A stretch of 64,000 nt of DNA from Phoronis australis (lineage: Eukaryota; Animalia; Phoronida). Both the position numbers and the translations under genes were made by a program. The stretch lies in NCBI GenBank assembly GCA_002633005.1, contig NMRA01000185.1:138402-202401 (forward strand), read 5' to 3'. The notes under the pieces were generated by a model. It had not been told where the DNA came from, did not search any database, and worked only from the letters and a program-made list of their open reading frames with translations. Shown in pieces: positions 35,701 through 47,700 of this stretch (positions are counted from its first letter, which is position 1; each line of letters opens with the position of its first letter).

Positions 35701-38700
35701 GAGAATCCAAACAATATGATAATGAGGAGGAGGCAGTATAGCTTACATAAAATAATTTAATACTTAAATAATTTTTAGTTGGGAGCTAACATTTCGGTGT
35801 CTATTAAGTGCCCTGTGGATTAACAATAGCCTTGTTAGCTTTGTAATGTATTACACAAGTACTCTTGTGGGAGATACGTGATCATTACTTATGCTGGTGT
35901 AGAGCTCTGTAGATTAAATACCATTGGCTGAGTTGTTCGCAAATATTTGAGAGAACCCAGAACATTGAAAGCCATCCATTTATAAGGCCACTTAGAAGAG
36001 TTGTATCATTTCAATTGTTAAAATTGCCAAACTAAGTCAATTCTTTAGTCGTTTTATTAGGGATAATCTGTCTGTGGTAATGTAAAGTAGCGTAGTTGGT
36101 TGTTTCATCGAACTTGAGTTTGGAATTAGTCAGTTATCTTCTGTATAACCTTTACATCAAATAGTTTTGTTTTAACTTAAATGCAAGAAGTAAGGTCACC
36201 ATAGTTTCCAGGCTTACCATTGTAATTGACAAAACTTGTTGTTGAAATGGGACAAGGCGGGTTAGTAGAATTAATCCTGTATAAAATGATTCTAGCAACT
36301 GAAAATAAATGAACTTTTGGAATACAAGTTTACATAACTAACATGCTATTTCTTGACCCCTCAGGGCAGGAAGATAAAGATAACTTCCACGGTAAGCCTA
36401 TTCCTGCGGCCAAAGCTGAGGAGATCATCGCTGCTATTCAACAGCGTATTGTGAACAAAGGCAAGCATGGGTTGAGCCCAGCACCTATCGTGGACGATGC
36501 ACCTGCTGTGAGCTTGACTAACCTGAAGATGTCCGAGCCACCCAAATATGAGCTGGGACAGAAGGTAGGGGAGATAACCCATAGAAAAGAATTGCGAAGC
36601 CCTGATGACCACTGAGCTATGGGGATTTATGAAATAGCTTTCGCTGAGAAAGAGCCTCGTGGGTTTCTTTTTCAGAAACAAGGTTTGAAAAAGCCTTCCT
36701 GGGAACTCGTGGGTTCGGTTTTTTTTCTGACACACATGGAAAATGTTGGCAAATTTCCTTTTATTTTCCAATTTTTGGTCATTAAAAGTAATTTGAAATA
36801 TTTCACGTTCATCACTTGTCAACTCTTGCACCATGACTAAAGATATAGCACCCAAATTACCGACATCGTAACAGCTCCCTCTTTTGACATTACTTTTAAA
36901 CCCCTCAGCTGGATGAGGGCCTCTTCATCGGAGACTGTTGACAAATGAGACTAGAGGGCAACATTTCATAGGAAGATACAGTTGTTTTGCAAATCCCTGG
37001 TATACAGTGGAATGAGTCTCGTAGCCATGATGTGTTAAGAATGATTAGTGGCACGAGGACGATCCTTCAGCTAAGTTACACTGCGTACGGTAACATTGTG
37101 GTGGAGAACTGTTGAATATGTGGCAATATTGGGGATAGAAATTTGTTATATACATGATATATGTCAACAGCTGTTCAGGCCAGGGTTTACTAACGGTTGC
37201 AGATTCAAAAATAGATAAAAATCGTCTCAAGTTTTTGTAGACTCGTTTGGATGCAAACAGTTCTAAAAGCTCGTCTCTATTGGCATGCCAGAAAATTGCA
37301 TATTTCAACCCATTGGTTTTTTGTGACATGACTCATTGTTTTCTTTGATTCTTTAACTGTACATAAGTTTGGACAGACAGGTTGAATACTGATCAAGATT
37401 AAACAGAAACAATAATGTATGCACTCACAAGTCTTCCTCCATCTCCTGGGGAGACACGTAAAATGTGCATTGTGTTACTCTCAACTTATTCATGTTAATA
37501 TTAATGTGTCGAGATTATTGCTACCATTGGTAATGTCCTCTCTGCCCAGGTGCACCCTCGTCTGGCGTACGGCGTCGCTCTGGCCAAGCTAGGTAAGGCC
37601 AACAAGTGTGTGGTGGCTCTTGACGGAGACACTAAAAACTCCACCTACTCGCAGAAACTGAAGGTAACTATGCACACAGCTCTCAAAGTTACAGCCGACT
37701 CCATCCTTAAAGATCACCCAATCCTTCGTTGTTGCCTGATAACACAGTGTAAACTGAATCAGTCGAAAGTTAATCACTTAATTTAAGTGTGTGTGCTCGT
37801 TTTTTCATTCAAGTTTACTAATTGATGAAAAATGGGATTAATTCTGTTCAACTTTGTCGACCGTTTTGTATGTGCATCGTTAGAAATTTTAAATTAAAAC
37901 TTAAGAGCAATTCCATATAAAAACCAGATGGTGGGCTATATATGCAAAATCACCAATTTTTTTGAAACTTAGCATATCAGCTGGCCTTGTCAAAAGAAAC
38001 CTGAGCCTGAATTTTTAAGAGTTTCCGAATTTTTTTTAACCCTTTTTACGACCACTTTGTACTTTTTCTGAAAACTAGCAAATAATAGTACTTGGAAGTA
38101 GGTGACTTTTTGTCAGCAACAACACATCATCGCTTCACGCTATAGAAAAAAATAACTATACAGCAGAAAGAAGGAAGAATAACGTACAAGAAAAACTAGT
38201 TCGGATGGATTTTTTGATATTTTATGTCCTCCCATTTTAGCCTACAAAAATGTCATTTTCACTGCTTATTATTAAGGCCATTTTTACGCATTTTTATCAC
38301 TCTCCCAAATCTATATCGGATTATTTTGGAACATGAGTTAACTTCCATCTGTTACTGCTGTCTTTGTTCAGCCCAACGCAAGAATAAAAAATCTTGTCTC
38401 TTTCATAATTTTTGTGCAGTCAGTTTTTTACATAACTCACACACTTTTCTGCCAATCTGTGACTGTCAGTTTGATTAAAAGACTCTAGGAGGCGCTGCTC
38501 GATTGTGCAATTATCTATCGACCAAAATGCCAAATAGAACAAATATCATTCATTTTGCTACATTAGTGACGAAGGAGATCATGGGAAGCTGTATGAGATT
38601 TTTTCTTCGCGGATTTTCAGTTTTGCTGGTGCAAAAATAAAAATTTGTTTTCGGATTACAGAAATCAAAAAAGTAAATTTTAATGTACTTATGAGTTAAT

Positions 38701-41700
38701 AATACAACCCCATCACCATCTCATACTTCAGAGAAGCAGGTTTTATTCTTATTAAGGGTGCCCATTACCCATTGCTTGGCCAGTTTTCAAACACCGTAAC
38801 TGACTGAGAATCCCACGCACTGCCTGCAGTGCATGCTGGTTCATTTTCAGACCTCCTGGACAAATGCCTGTATATGCGAATGAAAAAGTCCTCTAAAACT
38901 ATTAGCAAAGTTCATACTAAAACTAATCAAGATCTTCGAGATCACACGTGAAAAGAGGACGGTGGATACGAGCAGAAGTGTCGTGTTATTGGACATACAA
39001 AGTGTCACGCAATGCTTCTTGTACTACACAAAAGCGACCGAGCATGGTGGCAGTGCGCCAGTGGAATTTGCAATTTCAGAAAAATAACAGGTACGGATAT
39101 TTACGATTGAAAACATAATAGTTTCAGTGATATCCAAGAAACCGGCTTTCCAAACCAGTATTTAAGCAATTGGGTGTTGTTGCGACTTACCAGCTAAAAG
39201 TTTCACAATATGTAAATTCCGTTCATGCGGCGGACTCAAAAGCACAGTTTCTTGTAGGTATGCTAGGTTTAGTGTATGATGCATTTCTACACAACACTTC
39301 AAAAAACTGTATTTTGTTTGAAGAAAACAAGAGTTACTGAAACACAAAGTCTTTTTATTTTGCTCAGTACACATGTCTAAGATAGACGTTTCTCAAAACT
39401 AGATAATCACTCCTTTAAAAATCTCAGTAGTTTCAAGAGAATCAATCATGTAAAAAGTATGCTTTACCAGTCTCAAACTGAACATAAAACAAAAAACGCT
39501 AGTAAAAAGTGACAGAAGATTTCAATGTTGACCATCAGTGGCTTGGATTATTTTCCCCAAACGGCCACCACTCAAATCTCTCCCCCATGGAAGCCCCTAA
39601 CTCGCGTCATATTCCATTTTTTTCCAATTTCGCCCAGGGTGGGCCCCAGTCCCCTAGCTACGATAATGATGACCACAACAATATCGTAAGAATAGACAAC
39701 AACTAAAACATGTTCATAATTTCCTCGGTTTATGATGATAACTCATTCATGACTTCAAGCTCCAACTCATTCATTGAGGCAAACTCGTGGGCAGCAGCAG
39801 CATCAGCATCTTCAATATTCTGAATATTTCCGATTCGAAACGCGACAACCATACGGGAAAAAATCCAGCAATCTGCTACTCCGACAGCCACTCTTCAGAG
39901 GAGAAAACTTTTCTTTGCTTATTCCTGGCTTCTCGCATCATCTTTTCACAGCCTCAGCTGGCTGTTGTTTTCTGCCTGACTGTTCACCTTCAGAAAATAT
40001 ATCACTGGGTTAAATCTTTACCTTCTCAGAGAAGCGGACCGCTTTTCTAGTACTTTTCAGGGCCCTATCCTGCGGCGACTTGATCAATAACGTAAACGGG
40101 GGACAACTCAGGTGATGATACAGCTGTGGTAGTGGATGAAATCTCGGATTGTCTTGAAATGTGGTCGAACTGAGTCTCGTTCTGGAGGGATGATGAATGA
40201 GCACCAACATCCAAGTGCTCACTTAGCTCAGCATCTGTAGGAAAAGATTTCGAGCACCCATAGTGTGTGCATGTGAACTTCGAATGACGTTCACGGGATA
40301 CCAGCCCCGACTCAACCCTTGGAGTTGTAAAACACTCGAGTGTTGCAAGGTCAAGACTTTTCAGAGGCAACAGTTTACATGACTTGTTGATGACAAGTTT
40401 TCCCTCCCCTACTCTATGGGCCTTCCATGCTCGAATGCCATCTGTGGAATACTCAAAGTTTGTCAGCAAACTTATCCCTGGGATACTGTGCTTGGGGAGG
40501 ACCTTTGGGGCATTCACACTACAGGACGACACCTAACAGCCTTTGACATCTCCTCTAGACTCTAGCGCATGTTTCAGGTCGACTGCATTTTGAACGTTGT
40601 TGCCTTCATTGACGAAGTATTTGGCATGGGCCTTCAAGGGTGCGATTTTCCTGTCACAGATGTCTTTTCCCTTCTGACTTTCACTGAAGTCGTAACGCAG
40701 AATGGAGATGCCGGTGTTACCAGATATGTAGAACAAATGAATCAGAAGGGCGGCTGAATGGTAACAATTGGCATTGTCGGAGTGTAGGAAAGCTTCCGTT
40801 ATTTGTGGATCCCTAGCTTTCACCTGCCTTAGCACATCTAGCGTTAAACAGCAAACAGTGAAAAAGTCTTGCTTGCAGGCATCTAGAGTATGGATGTAAG
40901 TATGTACCTGAAATACAATAATTATGTAAGTCAAATAGGTCAGCTAGTTTAAAGAACTACCTTATTATATCTTATTACCACCTAAACCGCAATCACGCCA
41001 CTCAACTTCAAACATGGTTCGTCTCAACACGGTTATTATATCAGTAGCTCCTTCAAAACATTTCTAGGGAGGGGGGAAATTTCCCCTTCACAAAGATATG
41101 AAAATCATCCATAAGTACAAAATGGCTTCAGTTAAAATGAAGGCTTGTGTGCAAAATCTACTAAGAGAAAAATAATGCATCACTGTCAAGCTTTTGTTGG
41201 GAAATGGCAAGAAAAAGACTAGATATTAAGTGCACACTCCCTGTATCTTGTGAGTGTTACAGTAAATCAATATACTAAAAAGAGGTAAAGGCAACAACAT
41301 TGTTCATCACTGGCTTTCTGTTTAATATTGAGCACATCTGAGAATTACTTTGTAACACCTTGAATACTAATTGAGGATTTATTTTTACCTGATGGCTTTC
41401 ACCTTTCTTTGTGATACAAGCCGCCACGTGCCATGACATCCTTTTTACCAAACCAGTCGGACTGTGCTTCACGGAAACTGATGGGTATGAACTTCATTGC
41501 AAAATCCATTACAACCAAAACTTGGTGTGGGGTGAGAGATGACATCAGATCCTGTTTTGCTTGTTCCTGGTTTATCCCTCTGACAATATTCTGTGTGTTC
41601 GTGATAACAGCACGTCAGTTTTTGTCTAAAACCAAGTCCAAACTCATGTCGATGTGTAAAATATATAACGACGCATTTCCATTGGTTTGCCAGTCCAACC

Positions 41701-44700
41701 TCCTATCTCCAGCTCTGGCAAGAATCAGCTGTAATTCCGATATAGTTTCAAACTTCTGTGGCACTTTGCACGACCTCAGATGACTTCTGACGTCTTTAAC
41801 ACACCTAATGAAGGCCACATTTCCTCCGCGATCACACGTATGTAACGAAAATTGACCAAATGTACAAGAAGGAAATTCCTCCATATTCTTTGCAGTGACA
41901 GGAAGTGCATGTAATCTCGAACCCTAAAGTGCTATTGGTAAAGTTAAACGAAGAATGGAGTGTTTTAGAAAATTGGGGTCTCAAAAGTGAAATTTAAATT
42001 TTTGTGATATTCCATTGTTGATATTAGATCATATATTTTAGGTGATATCTCTAAACTAAAAGAGTAGCCTCAACTCTCTTGTCAGTCAGAGTAAGGCCAC
42101 ATCACAAAAATGCCCAAATTCGCGGGCCACGTTTAATACTAAATATATAAGAGACAAGTTTTTTTAAAAGCAATTATCAACGTTCAATCTTAGAAGTGTC
42201 TACAAAGAGAATTTCAACTTCAAATATATTCCGATATAGCAGGCAGGTTAAGCAACATCTTGCCACTTGTGACTGGCCTGAAAAGTGGTCTTGGAGTTTT
42301 CTCCCCTGCTGGAAATTTAATTGTACCTATGAGTTGCAAATTTCATTTTCTTACTAACCTTACATGAGTCTTTATGACCATCAATGTCAAACTTTGTCAC
42401 CAGTTTTCCAAGTCTGATTTTTTGCCGTTCAAAAAATGCAGTTTTACTGACATGAAAAAATGCAAAATATGACTTTATAGCCAAATAGGTCATATCTCGG
42501 TAACCAAAGGTCATTGAGTGCAAATATTGCAGCAGTGTACTTTGGGCCAGCATCCCAACACATGCACAAAGTATTAGTTCTGTATGAATTTTTGAGTATA
42601 TAGTGATTTTTCATTTTCATATGGTTTTTATATGGAATCATTCTTAAATTGTCTGAATGAATTTTTTGTATTTGAAAAAATCTATGTTGGATGAGTGTAA
42701 TTTGGGAAATATGTTTCGGCTTCATAGATTAGCTGTAAAATATGTCATTTGTTGTTGCAAAACTGTTTCCGGTTTAATTGTAATTCTTTATTTGCGGGAT
42801 TGTAGTCATATAGAAAATGTGTGTTAACATAATCAGCTAATTGTTTCCCCTTGCACATGAAGTTAACCTGACCCAGTAGTGTGTAAATTCTTCATTGCTG
42901 TACATAATATGCATTTTGTCTGGCCAGTACTGTAATTGTCTCCGCTTGCACTGGATGTTAACCTAACCCAGTACGGTGTGAATTCTTCATTGCTGGACAA
43001 AACATGTGTTTTGTCAGACCAGAATCATAATTGTCTCCCCTTGCACAGGACGTTAACGCTGCGCAGTACTGTGAGTGCTTCATAGCTGAACAGAACATGG
43101 TTGGAGTGGGCATCGGCTTCGCCTGCCGTGACCGCACTGTTGCCTTCTGTAGCACGTTCGCCGCCTTCCTGAGTCGTGCCTACGACCAGATCCGCATGGC
43201 CGCCGTCTCATTCACCAACTGTAACTTTGTGGGCTCTCACTGCGGCGTCTCTATAGGTGAGTGGGTAACGAGTGTCAAGGTGTCTTCTTCACCGGCAGCC
43301 ATTGTGTCACTTTTCAGTTGAGAAAGTATATCTGCTGTTGAGATGGCATGGTGTGTTAATATTCACTTAATTGGCACTAAAATGCAAAAATTGTCATTTT
43401 TATGCGTCCGCTGCTCTATCTCTAAAACACCTCGACGTATCTTCATGTCATTTTGCACGTGTTCCTTCCGTGGATGGGACGGCATGAGCGAACTTTCGGA
43501 CGGATCCGACTACCGGTGTGCCCCCCAGTGGCACATATAGCTTTTTACATTTACCTCTGTATCTTCAAAGTCCTGAACGGATTTTCATAAAACTTGGTAT
43601 ATTGGCACCTATTAGTAAGATGACGCTGTCATACCGTTTTCGGGTGGATTCAACATAGTTTTAGCAACCTAGTGGCCATTTTTACTGTTTTCGAGTCTGT
43701 TTTTTTGCGTCCACCCCTCTGTCTCAAAGGATGATTGTGAAAATTGGCACGTATGTTCTGACTATGAAGTGGACGGCTGACGATAATTTTCCAACGGTTT
43801 CGACTACTGTGGCGCCTCCTAGTGGAAGTTTTGTTTTTTTTGCGCCTATGGCTGTATCTTCTAAACGGTTCAAAGGATCTTTACTAAATTTAGTAAGTGT
43901 ATTTATATAATGTTGACAATGGACGACAACAACTTTTGGACGGATCTGACTACTGGTGTGCCCCCTAGTGGCAATTTCATTTTTTTACGTTTACCTCTGT
44001 ATGTTCAAAGGTCCTCAACGTATTTTCATAAAATTTGGCATACAGGCATCTGTTAATGAGGTGATGCTATCTCATCGTTTTCAGATGGATTCGACCTAGT
44101 TTGCGCCACCTAGTGGCCACTTTTGCTGTTTTCGAGTATATTTTTTGGCACCCACTCCTCTATCAACCAAACCGCTTTTAGGATAAGTGTGTGGATGGCT
44201 GATGATGATTTTCCAACAAGTTCGACTACTGTGGCGCCTCATAGTGTCAGTTTTGTTTTTTGCGCTTATCGCTGTATCTCCTAAACCGTTTGCAGGATCT
44301 TTACTTAATTTAGCAAGTGTATTTATATGATGTTGACAACGGATGACGACGACTTTCAGACGGATCTGACTTTTGGTGTGCCCTCTAGTGGCAATTTTAT
44401 TTTTTAATGTTTACCAGTCTGTATCTTCAAAGGTCCGCAACAGATTTTCATAAAATTTTGAATATAGCCATCTAGTGGTGAGATGATGCTATCATCCTGT
44501 TTTTGGATGGAATCGAGGTATTTTGCGCCACCTGGTGGCCATTTTTGCTGTTTTCAAATCTTGTTTTTGGTGTCAACCCCTTGATCAACCAAATCATTCT
44601 GGGGATGGTTTTGAAAATTGGCGTATATGTTTTCAGTGTGAAGAGGACGTTTGATGATGGCGACTGACTACTGTGGGGCTTCTTAGTGATAGTTTTGTTT

Positions 44701-47700
44701 TGTTTTTCGCCCATAACTGTATCTCCAAAACCCACTGCAGGATCTTTATTAAATTTAGTAAGTGAATTTATGTGAAGATAACAGACAATGACTGTCAGGC
44801 GGATCAAACGGACGCTGTGCCCACAAGTGGCAATTTCATTTTGTACTGTTTTCCTTCGTTTCTCTGAAGTTCCTTGACAGATTTTATGAAATATGGCATA
44901 ATCCCGTTTTTGGATGGAGTGTACGTTTTTTTGCGCCATCTAGTGGCCATTTTTATGATACAAATAAATAACCCTAAAAGCACACCATTTGCGATGCATT
45001 CGTGGGCACATTTCAACGCTCCGCGTTGCTCTTGTTCACCTTTTCAAAGGCTGACTGTCTTTGCTACAAATAATGGAAACTTTGTCAAATGTTGTTTCTA
45101 GACATCTACGTCGCAGTACAAGTTTAGCTAATGATGATTAATTGAAATTTTGTCAATATTTTTTTGATGAAATTTGACGAAATAAGTTTTCAGTTCACCG
45201 CCAGTTTGAGTGCTGAATAGGTGAAAAAGTTTCGTAATTCACTAAAATTTTGTTAATGTTCATTTTTGTTGAAATAAGACAAAAATGAATTTTCACTCCA
45301 TCGCCGGTTTGTATGCTGAATAAGTGAAGAATTTTCGTAAATCAATAAAATTTTATTAATGTTTGTTTTTGTTGAAGTTGGACTAAATAAGTTTTCACTT
45401 TACCTCCAGTGAAGAATTTCCGTGATTCTCGCAGCATGTTATGTCTTAACTGTATACAGGTGAGGACGGACCGTCACAGATGGCTCTAGAAGATGTGGCC
45501 ATGTTCAGGGCTATCCCTGGGTGCACCGTGCTGTATCCTAGCGACGCCGTCTCCATGGAGAGAGCTGTAGAGCTGGTAGCTAACACCAAAGGGATGACCT
45601 TCATCCGTAGCACGCGTGCTGACTGCCCCGTTATTTACAACAACCATGAGACTTTCGAAGTTGGAAAAGCCAAGGTGTGTGGAGTGGACGTAAATTACGA
45701 CGGTGATAGAAACTGCTAAAACAAATGGCTTCACAAATGCATGTCCCACTTAATATTAATTTCTAGGAAATTTAGTCCATACTTGCAATTGTACTGGAAG
45801 TAATGTAGAGATTATTTTGCTGGAGTTTTTGACACTGTCTTATACTCATGCACCTAAGATGTTGACAGGTGTCCCTTGTACACGCGCAGGTAATACTCGG
45901 TTATAACGTGCTCACATTTTGAGAATGAGTTTTCTCCACTGAATAACCGGCATCAGCTGGTTCTCAAAATGTGGGCACGTCATGTCCGACTATTGCCCAC
46001 GCACATGTCTTAAACCCGGAAGTTTGAGTATTCTACACATTCTTTGTATTTTTCAATTACAGTGCAATACGAAATATTGTTTTCCCATCATGGCGACCAA
46101 TTCTGCTTACAGCTAAAATTACTGATTAAGTATTAGGGCAGCAAAACTCTTACTACGCATTGACTTATCCACCTTACTAACTTTCCTGTTAACTCCATCT
46201 CATTCCCAATGATGAGGGAAGACTACTCAGACAATTAATTCAGCTTCCGTCCAGCCAACATGACGGGGAATGCTGGTCATTTTGTCAGAATATTTTTGGC
46301 TTGCGCTACGCATAAATTACGTCCATTCCAACGTTTCCTGGAACGGGCGGCCATGTAAATACTGTGCTTGAGATCACGTGCCTATTCATGTTTATTACAC
46401 CTATTGTCATCCTGTACAGGTTGTCCGTCAGAGTGACAGCGACCAGGTAACTGTGATAGGCGCAGGTGTGACACTGGTGGCAGCTATGGAGGCAGCCAAT
46501 CAACTGGCTGAGGCAGGCATCAACTGTCGCGTCATTGACCCATTCTGTATCAAGCCCCTGGACGAGAACACCATACTGTCCAGCGCTAAACTGACCGGTG
46601 GCCGTGTCGTGGTGGTAGAGGATCATTACTATGAAGGTAAGGGGAGCAAGGGGAACCTACTTGGTTGATTGAAAGGGACGTTATCGGCGGATTGAAGACA
46701 GTTTGTTTTTTTTGAGATCATTCGCAGCGCAGAGCTTATCCTGGACGCAACAAAATTTGAAATTGGCTCACGTGAAAAACGACCACTTGCTTTCGCAACA
46801 CTCAAGAGGTTGTATGTGGGATGCTATTGTGCCAGTAATGGATATTCACCTGATTAACTGAACCTAAAGCTACATACTGAAGGGACACTACCAGCGAGAA
46901 AAATAATTTTCTGATATCAGCCTCGGTCCTGAATTGAACCTACAACATGGAAGTTGCAACCCAACACTCTGCTGGGGAAGTTAAATCTCATTTGATATAT
47001 GTCAGAGTGTTCTAAGGGTAACTGGTAAATTCACTGACCTCCATTTCATTTAAGGTCTGGCAGGCAACAGCGGGAATTGGCGATTTGTAATAAAAACACA
47101 AAACAGATTTTGTTGTTATACAGCTATGGTCAAAACTGATGACTTCTAAAAGTGTCCAACAATATTCACAAAAATGCATTTTTCGAACCGTGTAAAAATA
47201 GTAATATAGATCTAAGAATCCTGGTTCAATTTTTGCTATTTTTATGGTGAGTGATGTAATGTTCATTTAATTTATTTGAATTTCTTTTAAAAGACTGGGT
47301 GACCACTTCAGTGATTTTCAAGTGGGTCCAGTCATAAATAATTACATGGTAAAATACTGAGAGCTATGTACAATGAGATTGAAAGGATTAATAAATAAAA
47401 TTATTTAAATTATAAAAATTTGTTAATATGCAAAATTAGATGAATTAAAATAAAGTAAGAGTAAAATAATGATAAGCTGATGCATAGAGTCTCGAACTGT
47501 GCACAAAGTCCTAGTGTTTCTGTTTGAATACATGGACATTGGGTGTATTCGCGTGACGGTAGTCCCCAGCCCGTTGTAAACGATAGTACCCTCGTAGGCA
47601 AAAGTTCTTTAGCCGCAATTGTTTTTAGGTTTATCTAGTACCAGGCAGCCAGAAACACTTGCCCTAGTATAGTAATTGTAAGAATCTCCGACTGCTTTGA

